Assembly: GCA_963842945.1 (NCBI GenBank)
Contig: CAWJIM010000005.1
Location: 64,001-128,000 of the forward strand
DNA: 64,000 bases
Direction: 5' to 3'
Source of the DNA: an uncultured Gemmatimonadales bacterium
GTDB lineage: Bacteria; Gemmatimonadota; Gemmatimonadetes; Gemmatimonadales; GWC2-71-9
In this document: positions 54,195-63,622 of the stretch, in pieces
How the letters are laid out: each line of letters begins with the position of its first letter
How positions within the stretch are numbered: the stretch's first letter is position 1
Translations under genes and position numbers: made by a program
The notes under the pieces: model-generated
Told to the model about the DNA's origin: nothing
Seen by the model: the letters and a program-made list of their open reading frames with translations, nothing else
The model's database searches: none

Positions 54195-54884
54195 TTGAGC
54201 TCCTCGCCTGTCAAAGACGGCGTCGATCCGCTGGGGATCGATTCTCCCGCTGCAGACCGCTGGTCTGAGGAACCCTTCGGTCTGGTTCGCCTGGCCGTGG
54301 GCAGCGTCGCCCTGCTGGGGACCATCCTGGCGGTGGTGCTGGCAGTGGTCACTCACGACGCCCGCATGCTCCAGTTGGTCGGCGCATTGTGGGCGGTTTA
54401 CGGCTTGACCGTTGGATTTCTCTCCGGAGTGCTGGAACCAGTCCTCGACGGTTTGTTCCAGCTCCTTGTCAACGCAGGCCTCACCCCGGTGGGTACCGGC
54501 TATTCCAGCATCGAAACGCTGGCGATGCAGGGCCATCATCAGGCCGCCGCCGAGGCATACGCGGAGCGGGCCCGGAATCCCGGCGAGAGAGTCGAAGCCA
54601 CGCTGCGCCGGTCTCAGCTTCTTGCCGGGCCGCTCCACGAGCCGGAGAGCGCCGCAGTCGAGCTGGACAGTCTGCGGGCTCATGCGCTCACGGCCAGGGA
54701 GGACGTTCGGGTCGGACTGGCGCTGGTGGATCTCTACGAGAACCGGCTCGACAATCCGGGGCGCGCCATGGCCGAGCTCCGGCGACTCATCGATCGATAT
54801 CCTACCGGACAGGGTGCTCGACAGCTCAGGGCCGCGCTCCGCGAGCTCAAGTCGCAGCGCTATCCCGACCTTCCATCAGTCTGA
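54195..54884 (+). CDS. Hypothetical membrane protein with TPR-like C-terminus
   Basis: Two hydrophobic segments; AMAELRRLIDRYP helical repeat; TGATG coupling to the next gene. Confidence 0.7.
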   Translation: MSSSPVKDGVDPLGIDSPAADRWSEEPFGLVRLAVGSVALLGTILAVVLAVVTHDARMLQLVGALWAVYGLTVGFLSGVLEPVLDGLFQLLVNAGLTPVGTGYSSIETLAMQGHHQAAAEAYAERARNPGERVEATLRRSQLLAGPLHEPESAAVELDSLRAHALTAREDVRVGLALVDLYENRLDNPGRAMAELRRLIDRYPTGQGARQLRAALRELKSQRYPDLPSV

Positions 54885-55944
54885 TGCCGGGCCGCCGTCG
54901 CCTCGATCCCGAAGTTTTCAATCTGCCTGTGGCGAAGATGCGCGCCGGATACTACTCCGACAAGTACTTCGTCCGGTCCCGAGACATTCTTCTGGCCGAG
55001 GGATACCGGCCCAGAGTGACCATGCAGGTGTTCGGGAAGAGCTCGGCCTTTCTGGGCGGTATCGATGAGGCAATTGCCATCCTGAAGCAGTGCGCCGTCG
55101 AATGGTCGGAGCTCAAGGTGTGGGCGCTCCATGATGGCGACGAGGTGCAGCCCTGGGAGACTGTGCTCCTCATTGAGGGCCCATACGATGCCTTCGCTCA
55201 CCTGGAGACGCTGTACCTGGGTGTTCTGGCTCGGCGCACCCGGGTAGGAACCAACACCAGGAGGGTCGTCGAGGCTGCCGCACCCAAGGAGGTCCTGTTC
55301 TTTCCCGCGCGCCACGATCACTGGCTGATGCAAACCGGAGATGGCTACGCGGCCCACGTGGCCGGAGCGATCGGCGTGTCGACCGACGCCCAGGCATCCT
55401 GGTGGGGCAGTGAGGGGGTTGGAACCGTGCCCCATGCGCTCATCGCGGCGTATGCGGGTGACACTGTCGCGGCAACCCGCAAGTTCGCCGATCATGTCGG
55501 TCCCGGCGTCAGACTGATCAGCCTGGTCGATTTTCATAACGATTGCGTGCGCACGTCACTCGAAGTGGCCGAGGCGTTTGGGCGATAGGTTATACGGGGT
55601 GCGGCTCGATACCAGTGAGATGCTGGTCGACCGTTCTCTGTGGCAGGACATGGGACAGTTTAAGCCCACCGGCGTCAATCCACATCTCGTGTGGAATGTC
55701 CGTCGGGCACTCGACGAGGGCGGGCCACCGCAAGGTGAAAATTTTCGTCTCTGGGGGATTCACTGCCGACAAGATCCGCGACTTCGAGCGGGCCGGAGTA
55801 CCGGTGGACGGCTATGGAGTAGGCTCTTCGCTCTTCGCGGGCAAGTACGACTTCACTGCGGACATCGTTTTGCTGGAGGGAAAACCGGCTGCGAAGGTCG
55901 GCAGGACCTTTCGACCCAATCCGCGGATGGAGGAAGTCGTGTGA
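54884..55944 (+). CDS. Nicotinate phosphoribosyltransferase-like protein; frameshifts near 55580 and 55720
   Basis: YSDKYF, FFPARHD, GTVPHAL, LVDF, GVRLDT, VSGGF, DFTADIV, AKVGR. Confidence 0.85.
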
Positions 55945-56178
55945 TGCAACGCACAGCGGCCATATTCACCCGATCTATACTTGGCCACAGTGGGAGCGTT
56001 GCTGGACGGCGAACTGCGAGACGTTCGAAAAAGCCCTGAGTCCCCTGCTCTGTTGGCCGGACGAGTCGTTCACTCCAGCGCTTTCGCTGTAATCTCCCTT
56101 CTTTCCCCCCTTCTTCTTTATCTCGCGGGAACGGGCCCATGGCCCGTTCCACCCACCTTTTATCAGTCCTCAGTCTAG
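55944..56178 (+). CDS. Possible small membrane protein (uncertain)
   Basis: ATG overlaps the upstream stop; hydrophobic ORF 55981..56178 lies in another frame. Confidence 0.3.
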
Positions 56179-56394
56179 CCAGTCGGCAGCCACCAGTCCG
56201 CAGTCGTCTGCGCTTCTACTGCTTTCTCTGCAGCATGCGACCAGACTGGTGAACTGACGAGCTGGCGGCTGACTGCGACGACTGGCGACTGACCACTATG
56301 TGACCCAACCCACAGCCGCCCTGCGAGCACGACCGTTACTTCCCAAGTCGATCGAGATCGGACATCGTGGCCCACTCAAGCTGGAGGCGAGATC

Positions 56395-56793
56395 ATGCCA
56401 CGCGGGGATAAGTCCTCTTATACGAGCAAGCAGAAGCGCCAGGCGGAGCACATCGAAGAAGGGTATGAGAAGCGTGGCGTCTCTCGTCGCGAGGCGGAGC
56501 GGCGCGCCTGGGCCACCGTGAACAAGGAAACCGGCGGCGGAAAGAAGAGCGGTTCGGGACGAGGCAAGAAGTCGAACCGCAGCGCCTCCAGAAAGGGCGG
56601 CAAGAAAGGCGGAAGCGCTTCAGCCTCACGCTCGAAATCCTCCCGCTCCGCCTCGGCCCGCAAAGCCGCCTCGACTCGGCGGCGCCGGTCGGGCGGCAGC
56701 CGGAAGAGCACCAGTCGTGGGCGCTCCAGCAGCAGCCGCAGTCGGTCGAGCACGAGTCGCAAACGCTCGAGCGGACGGAAGAGCAGCCGCTAG
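56395..56793 (+). CDS. Small basic Ser/Arg/Lys-rich protein (often labelled 'plasmid stabilization protein')
   Basis: MPRGDKSSYTSKQKRQAEHIEEGYEKRG..AWATVNK; GGAGG RBS. Confidence 0.88.
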   Translation: MPRGDKSSYTSKQKRQAEHIEEGYEKRGVSRREAERRAWATVNKETGGGKKSGSGRGKKSNRSASRKGGKKGGSASASRSKSSRSASARKAASTRRRRSGGSRKSTSRGRSSSSRSRSSTSRKRSSGRKSSR

Positions 56794-56809
56794 CAGCGAA
56801 GCCAGGATC

Positions 56810-56860
56810 CTGCAAAAAAAGGAATGCCACCGAGTGGTGGCATTCCTTTTTCTTTTGCAG
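56810..56860. terminator. Bidirectional rho-independent terminator
   Basis: AAAAAAAGGAATGCCAC..GTGGCATTCCTTTTT between convergent genes. Confidence 0.9.
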
Positions 56861-56872
56861 CAAGCTCGAACG

Positions 56873-57499
56873 TTAGTCGCTGGCGTTACCGCCCAGTCCG
56901 ATCGACATACCTAGAGAGGCAACCAGGTCATTCTGGAAGTCGTCGCCTCCACCGAAGTCTCCGTTGTACAGGTAGTCTTCCAGATCGATCCGGAAACCAA
57001 TCCTGTTATCGTCGCCTCCGCCGAATCGGAAACCCAGACCGAGCACGCCGCCGAAGTCGGTGCTGCTGGCGTCGTTATCGAACGGGTTACTGCCTCGAGA
57101 CAGCAGGGCTGGTCCGCCGGCAAGGTAGAATCCCACGCTGTTGGTCACCGGCGAGAGCGCCAGCAGCAACCGGGCATTGGCCAGCAGGAGATCGGTGTTT
57201 CCGCTCTGGTTGATGGTCTCGTTGCCGATCTTGGCGGGAGCGTATCCACCCGTCGCCTCGAACCCGAGCCTCCCGGTTCCCCAAAATGTCAGCCGCACTC
57301 CCCCGGCGGCGCCCGCGTTACGGGAGATATCCTCGTCCAATGCACCCACCGAGTTGCTGGTTGGGATGTACGCGCCGACCCACGGGGTGAGCTCAACTCC
57401 ACCCTGCGCTGCCGCCGGCGTTGCTGCCGTTGAGATCACAGCGAGAGCGGTGACTGAACCCGCCAGTGTTCCCATCAGCTTTCGTATCGACATACCCAC
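56873..57499 (-). CDS. Outer-membrane beta-barrel protein (OmpA/OmpW-like)
   Basis: Signal peptide, alternating beta strands, GLGFRFG, RIDLEDYLY. Confidence 0.78.
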   Translation of the reverse strand: MGMSIRKLMGTLAGSVTALAVISTAATPAAAQGGVELTPWVGAYIPTSNSVGALDEDISRNAGAAGGVRLTFWGTGRLGFEATGGYAPAKIGNETINQSGNTDLLLANARLLLALSPVTNSVGFYLAGGPALLSRGSNPFDNDASSTDFGGVLGLGFRFGGGDDNRIGFRIDLEDYLYNGDFGGGDDFQNDLVASLGMSIGLGGNASD

Positions 57500-57650
57500 T
57501 CCTTATCAGAAGCTCTTGTGGACACAAACCTGAGCGCTGGTTGACCCGCGCTGTTCGTGCGCCGGATTGGTTCCGGACTGAACAGGATGGCCGAGACGTA
57601 GGATAGGGACGCTGTGAAATGAGTCACCCGCCGCTGGGTGACCCGGCCGT

Positions 57651-57688
57651 AAACAGAAGAGGCGGCGTCGCTTGCGCGACGCCGCCTC
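57651..57688 (-). terminator. Rho-independent terminator
   Basis: 13-bp stem GAGGCGGCGTCGC/GCGACGCCGCCTC then TTCTGTTT on the minus strand. Confidence 0.75.
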
Positions 57689-57713
57689 GGCTGACACCGA
57701 GCGTTTCTGTTGC

Positions 57714-58352
57714 TTACTTCTTGCCCAGTCCAAGGAGCGGAATGCCGACACCGAACGAGAGATGCACGTCATTCTGGGTCTTCTTCTCGTCCGAGGGGCC
57801 AAACCCCGGGATCTCAGCCTGGGGCTTATACACGTAGTCCTCCGCGCTCACCTGCAGACGCAGGAGGCTGCCCAGCCGGAATCCTGCACTGGCGCCCACC
57901 GTACCGCCGATATCGGTCTTGTTCTCCGCGTTGGCGTAGAACGCGCCGCTCCGGTTGATCACGCCCACACCACCGGTGACCGAGAACGAAACGGGGCTGG
58001 TGGCCGGAATGATATGAAGGCTGACCCGGCCGCTGCCGGTAAAGATGTTGGCGTCTTCGCTCTGATCTCCGAATCCGCTGGCGGTCACTTTGAGGTCACT
58101 GGGCGCATACGCACCGGTGAACTCGAGCCCAAGCCGGTTGCCCAGCATGATCCCCAGCCGGCCACCCACCGTGAAGCTCATCTCCTGCTTGAACTCTTCG
58201 CCATTCGCGGCCTTGACCAGCTCGGTGGTCGGGATGTAGACGCCGAGGTTCGGAGTCAGACTGATCCGCTGGGCCATCGCTGGATGGGCCGAGGCCGCCA
58301 GCGCTACACCGCCTGCCAACAGGACGCGAGCTATCCACGCGTTGCCACGCAT
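57714..58352 (-). CDS. Outer-membrane beta-barrel protein, paralog of 56873..57499
   Basis: Shared LTP..G.YIPT, RLG.E.TG.YAP, EDY.Y, QND motifs; GGAGG RBS. Confidence 0.78.
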   Translation of the reverse strand: MRGNAWIARVLLAGGVALAASAHPAMAQRISLTPNLGVYIPTTELVKAANGEEFKQEMSFTVGGRLGIMLGNRLGLEFTGAYAPSDLKVTASGFGDQSEDANIFTGSGRVSLHIIPATSPVSFSVTGGVGVINRSGAFYANAENKTDIGGTVGASAGFRLGSLLRLQVSAEDYVYKPQAEIPGFGPSDEKKTQNDVHLSFGVGIPLLGLGKK

Positions 58353-58535
58353 TGAGCCTCCGGTCGGTATGAGGGAAGGGACAGCTTCAGCCGTTTGCTT
58401 CCTCGAACACCGCCGGTGGGGGCAAGAACCGTGCAGTCGGACCCAGTCCGCTAACCTGTTTTAGAGAAAAGGCTTACAGGATGGCTCAGAAGCGTGGCTT
58501 GGAGAATTGAAGGGCTTTGCGGCGGCTTGCGAGGA

Positions 58536-59544
58536 CTAGTCTTCCCGGCGGACCTCGCGGGCGGCCTTGTCGTCGCGGAGGCCAATAAATCGGGGGTGCC
58601 GCAGCAGGCCTGCCGTGGTCCACTCGGAAAATCCGATCTGCGCCACCAGCTCTCGGCGTGACCCACTGGATTTCTCCCGCCGGCGCCGGCCCTTCTGAGA
58701 ACGGCGAGGTGTCGCGGTGCAGCGGAACCAGGCGCCGGTGAAGCAGCTCCAGCGTCCGGTGATCGTACCCGGTGCCGACTTTACCGGCGTAGCGCAGCGA
58801 CTTTCCCTCGTAGTATCCCACCAGCAGCGCGCCGAGACGCTCGCGAGATCCCTGCGGCGCGGTGTACCCTCCGATCACGAGTTCCTGCTGGCGTACGCAT
58901 TTCAACTTCAGCCAATCAGTCGAGCGCGCACTCACGTAGCGTGAGTCTGCTCGTTTGGCCAGAATCCCCTCGGCCCCCTGGGCACAGGCGTCCCGCAGCA
59001 TCGCGGCCGAACCGGAGGTCTTGTGGGGAGTGAACCTGATGGGATCGTCGAACCACACCACATCGCGCAGCACGGTTTTGCGGTCCACCAGCGGGAGCGT
59101 GGTGAGATCTACGCCTTCGTAGAACAGACAGTCGAACAGATAGAGAAAAATGGGTACCTGGCTCCGCCGTGCCCGGATCGGGTCCCGCAGCTGCATCCGT
59201 TGCTGCAGGCGCGCAAAGCTGGTGACCCCGCGATCGGGATCGAACGCAACAATCTCGCCGTCGAGCACTGCGTCGCCTCTTACCGCCGGCTCCAGCGCCT
59301 CGACCAGCTCCGGATAGGCGCCGTTGAGCGGTTTGCGATTGCGGGAGTAGATCCGCACCGTGCCGCCGCTGACGTAGATCAGCGCCCGAACACCATCGAG
59401 CTTGGGCTCGTAGATCCACTTGCCCTGCGACGGCAACGTTTCGGTCAGCGTGGCGAGCATGGGAGGCACCCAGGTTGGCTGGGCCCGGTAACGAAGTCCG
59501 CCCGGTGCCGTCTTGGCCAGCACTCTGAGGGCCCGGGTGCTCAT
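58536..59544 (-). CDS. ligD: ATP-dependent DNA ligase (LigD ligase domain); frameshift near 58650
   Basis: PMLAT, YEPKLDGVR (KxDG), LDGEI, FDCL, EGILAK, WLKLK, GKVGTG; likely end ...REVRRED stop at 58536. Confidence 0.92.
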
Positions 59545-60619
59545 GCGCTCTGTCTCTGAAGCAGTGCATCGAGGTCCTGCTTGGAGGACAGGACCTTCGC
59601 CCAGGGATCCCCGTCCTCTTCGAGAACGCCAGGGACGGTGTGAATGGTGAAGTCCGTGGGATAGATCTTCTCCAGCTGATCCCAGGTCACCGGCATGGAG
59701 ACCGTCCCCATGGGATGCCGGCGGGGACAGAAGATCGAGGCGAGGGACTTTCCCCGGCTGTTCTGGTTGTAGTCAAAGAAGATCTTGCCGGTCCGGCGGG
59801 GAACCGACCATTCCAGAGTGACCTCGTTGGGCCACTGTTGCAGCACGTACCGGGCCAATGGTCTCCGCGATGCTTCTAGCGGCGTCGTAGTCGAACTTCC
59901 GGACAATGGGCAGATAGAGGTGTAGGCCGGTCCGTCCCGAGGTCTTCACGAAGATCTCCAGTCCGAGGCGACCCAGCATCTCGTGCAGGCGCAGCGCCAG
60001 TTCGCGGGTGCGCTTGAACGCCTTTCGGTGCAGCTCGGGCTCCTCGCCCTTACCCTCCTTGCCCGAGTAGAGATAAGGATCCAGGTCGAAGATCACGAAG
60101 TCCGGATAGTTCAGCACCGACTCCTCCAGATTGGCTTCGGAGCCGGAGAACGTTGACCCCGCGACCCCGCGCATCCGGAGCCGGATCGACCCGCGAAAAC
60201 CAGGGGTGCAGCTCCAGACCACCCATCTGCGCCAGGAACAGGAGCGTGGGAAGGTTGTCGCAGATCAGATACTCGCCGTCGCCCTCCTTGTGACTGGAAT
60301 AGATCCGCACCGTGCGGGCATACTCGGGCGGCTTCTCCCAGTGCTTCTGGTAAAAGCTCTTTCCATTCACACCGTCGGGATATCGAGTGGTAAAGACCGG
60401 ACGGCCCGCCAGATGAGGCAGCAGCCAGGGAGAGACTCGGGTGAGATAGCGCAGCAGGTCCCGCTTCGTGAGCGGCCGGCTGCGCCCGGCCCCCGGCCAC
60501 AAAACCTTGTCCAGGTTGGTGACCGGAAGCTGGTGGCCGTCAACCGTCAGGACCAACTTCGGCTGGCGCAGCTCGAGCTGCTCGAGCACGCTTCCAACCT
60601 CGGTCCCGACAGCGCTCAT
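59541..60619 (-). CDS. ligD: LigD primase-polymerase domain; frameshifts near 59857 and 60150
   Basis: TNLDKVLW, RYPDG..FYQK, ELHPW, FDLDP, KTSGRTGLH, DYNQN across three frames. Confidence 0.9.
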
Positions 60620-61461
60620 CCAACCTTCCGGGGCCGGCGGGCCGGCCGGGTGGCGCGGGTACGGGCCCGGGCCGGCGGCTTGGGCTTGGCCGCCTCCTTC
60701 TTGGCCGCCTCGACACTGCGCTTGAGCGCATCAGCCAGATCGATGACCCGGTGATCGCGCGCCGCGGGCGCCTTCACCACCTGCTTGCCTTCCAGCTTGG
60801 CCTCGATCAGTTCCGCCAGAGCTTCGCGATAGTGATCGTGATACTCGCTCGGGTCGAACGGCTTGCGGAAGATGTCGATCAGCGTAAAGGCCATCTCCAG
60901 CTCGCGGTCTGATACCTTCACCGCGCCCAGATCCATTCCCCGCTCCTCGCGGATCTCGTCGGGATAGAAAAGCGTCTCCAGCATGATCGTGCCGTCGTGG
61001 GCCCGAAGCGCGCAGAGCTGCTCCTTCTTCCGGATGGTGATCGTGGCGATGGCAGTGAGGTTCCGCTTTTCCAGCGCCTTCAGCAACAGCGCGTAGGGTT
61101 TCTCGGCCCGCTCGCCCGGCTCCAGGTAGTAGCTGCGCTCGTAGAAGACGGGATCGATCTCCTTCTCTTCGATAAAAGAAGTCAGCTCGATCGTGTGCTT
61201 GCTCGGCAGGGGGAGCCGCTCGAAGTCCTCGTCCGTGAGCACGACGTACTGCCCCTTGGCGTACTCGTATCCGCGGGCGGTCTCATTCCAGGGCACATCG
61301 ACTTCATCGGTCGGACACCAGCGACGCTGCTGTAGGCGGGTGCCGCAGGTGGCGTGCAGCAGGTTAAACGAGATGTCCTTGCTCTCTGTCGCCCCGAACA
61401 GCTTGACCGGAATGCTCACCATCCCGAAGCTGATCGAGCCGCTCCAGATCGCCCTCGCCAT
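60616..61461 (-). CDS. ku: NHEJ DNA end-binding protein Ku
   Basis: MARAIWSGSISFGMVSIPVKL, RGYEY, KPYALL, basic C-terminal tail; GGAGG RBS. Confidence 0.96.
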   Translation of the reverse strand: MARAIWSGSISFGMVSIPVKLFGATESKDISFNLLHATCGTRLQQRRWCPTDEVDVPWNETARGYEYAKGQYVVLTDEDFERLPLPSKHTIELTSFIEEKEIDPVFYERSYYLEPGERAEKPYALLLKALEKRNLTAIATITIRKKEQLCALRAHDGTIMLETLFYPDEIREERGMDLGAVKVSDRELEMAFTLIDIFRKPFDPSEYHDHYREALAELIEAKLEGKQVVKAPAARDHRVIDLADALKRSVEAAKKEAAKPKPPARARTRATRPARRPRKVG

Positions 61462-61500
61462 GCTGGCTCCTCCCTTTGATGGGGTGACTCGCTGCGCGTG

Positions 61501-61555
61501 TTTTCCACATGGGACCGTCGTTATCCACAGGTTTATCAACATAACCTGTTGATAA
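61501..61555. promoter_or_regulatory. DnaA-box cluster with IHF-consensus site
   Basis: TTTTCCACA 61501, TTATCCACA 61521, TTATCAACA 61533, inverted TTATCAACA 61547-61555; TATCAACAGGTTA (WATCAANNNNTTR) on the minus strand at 61542-61554. Confidence 0.7.
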
Positions 61556-61624
61556 ATAAGGACTTACGACGCTCGATTATCAGCCGTTTGGGAGACGGTT
61601 GCTGTGGGATGAGTCACACGTCTG

Positions 61625-62496
61625 CTAGCGCTTGGGAGGCGTTTTGACGGAGGAGGTGCCCCCACCACTGACCGTGGTGAGAATTCCCTGCATCGCCTTC
61701 TGGCCGGCGGAGTCAGCCGGTTGGGGATTGAGACTATCGGCTGCCGGCAGGGTGGCCACCGGGAGGCCGGGCGTCAGTGGAGCCGGCTCGATCTCCACCG
61801 AAGCCGACTTGATCGTTGAAGTGCCCCCAAAGCTTGGAGCGGTGGCCCGGGGCCGCGGCTTAGCCGCTTGCCGGAGCACTTCGGGGGGTACCGCACTGGC
61901 CCTGGTCGGAAGCGCCGGAATCATGCCGGCTGAGTTGGGCGAGGCAACCTGCCCCATCGAGCCGACATGCACTTCCGTGAGCCGCCGCCGGACATCGACG
62001 CAGCAAGGTGGGTTTAGCGCGGGAGACCAGCGGCACCGACAGGACCCACTGCGCTCCACCAAGGAGGAGCGCTCCGATCAGGGCGATTCTCAGCTGTCGC
62101 CGTGGCTTGCTGCGGCGCCGGCTCCGGCTTTCACCGGTCAGTTGTTTGGACTTGGTCTTCTTCTTCTTTTGTGCTGCCGGTGTCGGTAAGGGCAGTACTT
62201 TCGGCTCAGCCACCGGGAAGCGTCATCTCGGGTTCCGGCTCCGGCTCTGGGGGCAGCTCGAGACTGAGCGAAGAAAGCGGCTTGGCCTGGGGCCCGGCGA
62301 CCAGAGCCGCCTGGGTCAGCGGCATCGACAGCGCTGTCTTATAGTGGGGATGGAACTGGATCGGCAGCCACTTGCTCGAGGCGTTATGAAATATCCGGGC
62401 TCGAGGAGTCACCACTCCTCTCCTGATCGCCACGGCCAGCTCTTCGATCGATCTGAAAGCGGTTTCCTCGCCGGGCGAGAGCTCGATACGGTACAT
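61625..62496 (-). CDS. Hypothetical membrane-anchored protein; frameshifted
   Basis: MYRIELSPGEE..WLPIQFHPHY N-terminal domain, then a basic/TM segment and a Pro/Ala-rich tail in successive frames. Confidence 0.6.
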
Positions 62497-62869
62497 GCCA
62501 GACCTCATGAACGCCGGGTTTCGAGCAAAAGGGAGGTGCTGAGAAGCGGGATTTCACGCAACTTTCGCGCTCGGGTACAATGCACTTTCGTTCATGCCGA
62601 GCTGACAGATCGCGATCACTGCAAACCCTGTATCACGGGCAGTTGAGCCGTCGAACCAGCAACTACTTGGCACTCCAGAGGCGTGCTACCGTTGTGCTCC
62701 TTTCTGCAGCTTGCCTCGGCGGCAGAAAATTCGGCCGGGAGAGTCACCAGAAATGAGACGGCCGCGGTCTGGTAAGTTGCCAGTGATCATGCCCTGAACC
62801 CGAATCTCACCCGGTATTTCGAGGGGCCTGGATGCCAATCCTCTGGCTGGTTGCAGGGCGGCGGGTCGA

Positions 62870-63622
62870 GTGAGCCACGGCAGCGATGTTTCGGCGCTTC
62901 GTGCCGAGCAGGTCAGCAAGCGCTATGGACCGGTGCTCGCGCTGGACAATGTCTCGCTGGATGTCTGGCGCGGCGAGTCGGTAGTTCTGGTTGGCGAAAG
63001 TGGCTCGGGCAAAACTACGCTCCTCCGTTGCTTCAATCGCCTGGTCGATCCGGATACAGGACGAATTCGTATCGAGGAGACAAACGCAGCCGCGCTCGAT
63101 CCCATTGCTCTGAGGCGGCGGGTGGGGTACGTCCCCCAGGATGGTGGGCTGCTGCCCCATTGGCGAGTGCAGCGAAACGTCGAGCTGGTGCCCTGGCTTC
63201 GCGGGGTCGAGAACGCGCGCGAGCTGGCCACGGAGGCGCTGCAGCTGGTGGGACTCGACCCCGCCGTTTTCGCCGAACGCTGGCCTCGTGAGCTCTCCGG
63301 CGGGCAGCGGCAGCGCGTGGCCGTGGCGCGAGCCCTCGCGGCAAAACCGGACATCATCCTGCTCGACGAGCCGTTCGGCGCTCTCGACGCGATTACGCGA
63401 GTCGAGCTCCAGACTACCTTCGACCAGGTTCGCCGGACGCTGGGCGTTACCAGTGTGCTGGTGACCCACGACCTTCATGAAGCCTTCGACCTGGCCGACA
63501 GGGTCGTAGTCATGCGCCAGGGAAGGGTCGAACAGGTCGCCACCGCTCGAGAACTGCAGCAGGCACCGGCGGGCGAGTACGTGCGCGAGCTACTCCTGCG
63601 CGCCCGAGTGATGCCGGCATGA
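62870..63622 (+). CDS. Osmoprotectant (glycine betaine/proline-type) ABC transporter ATPase
   Basis: GESGSGKT, RRVGYVPQ, LSGGQRQ, LLDEPFGALD, VTHD. Confidence 0.92.
   Translation: MSHGSDVSALRAEQVSKRYGPVLALDNVSLDVWRGESVVLVGESGSGKTTLLRCFNRLVDPDTGRIRIEETNAAALDPIALRRRVGYVPQDGGLLPHWRVQRNVELVPWLRGVENARELATEALQLVGLDPAVFAERWPRELSGGQRQRVAVARALAAKPDIILLDEPFGALDAITRVELQTTFDQVRRTLGVTSVLVTHDLHEAFDLADRVVVMRQGRVEQVATARELQQAPAGEYVRELLLRARVMPA

Noticed and set aside
56395..56793. Toxin-antitoxin or plasmid marker
   Set aside because: No RelE/ParE motifs or antitoxin partner; the common label for this family is not evidence of a plasmid
58421..58436. Sigma54 promoter (CTGCACGGTTCTTGC on the minus strand) before the beta-barrel gene
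   Set aside because: Lacks the invariant GG at -24
59541..60619. Programmed frameshifting in ligD, thiC or the kinases
   Set aside because: No slippery heptamers stood out, and similar breaks occur across the whole window, favouring assembly error
62510..62869. Riboswitch or ncRNA upstream of the osmoprotectant ABC genes
   Set aside because: The intergenic region is long, but I could not match c-di-AMP, SAM or glycine aptamer consensus by eye; an Rfam scan would settle it
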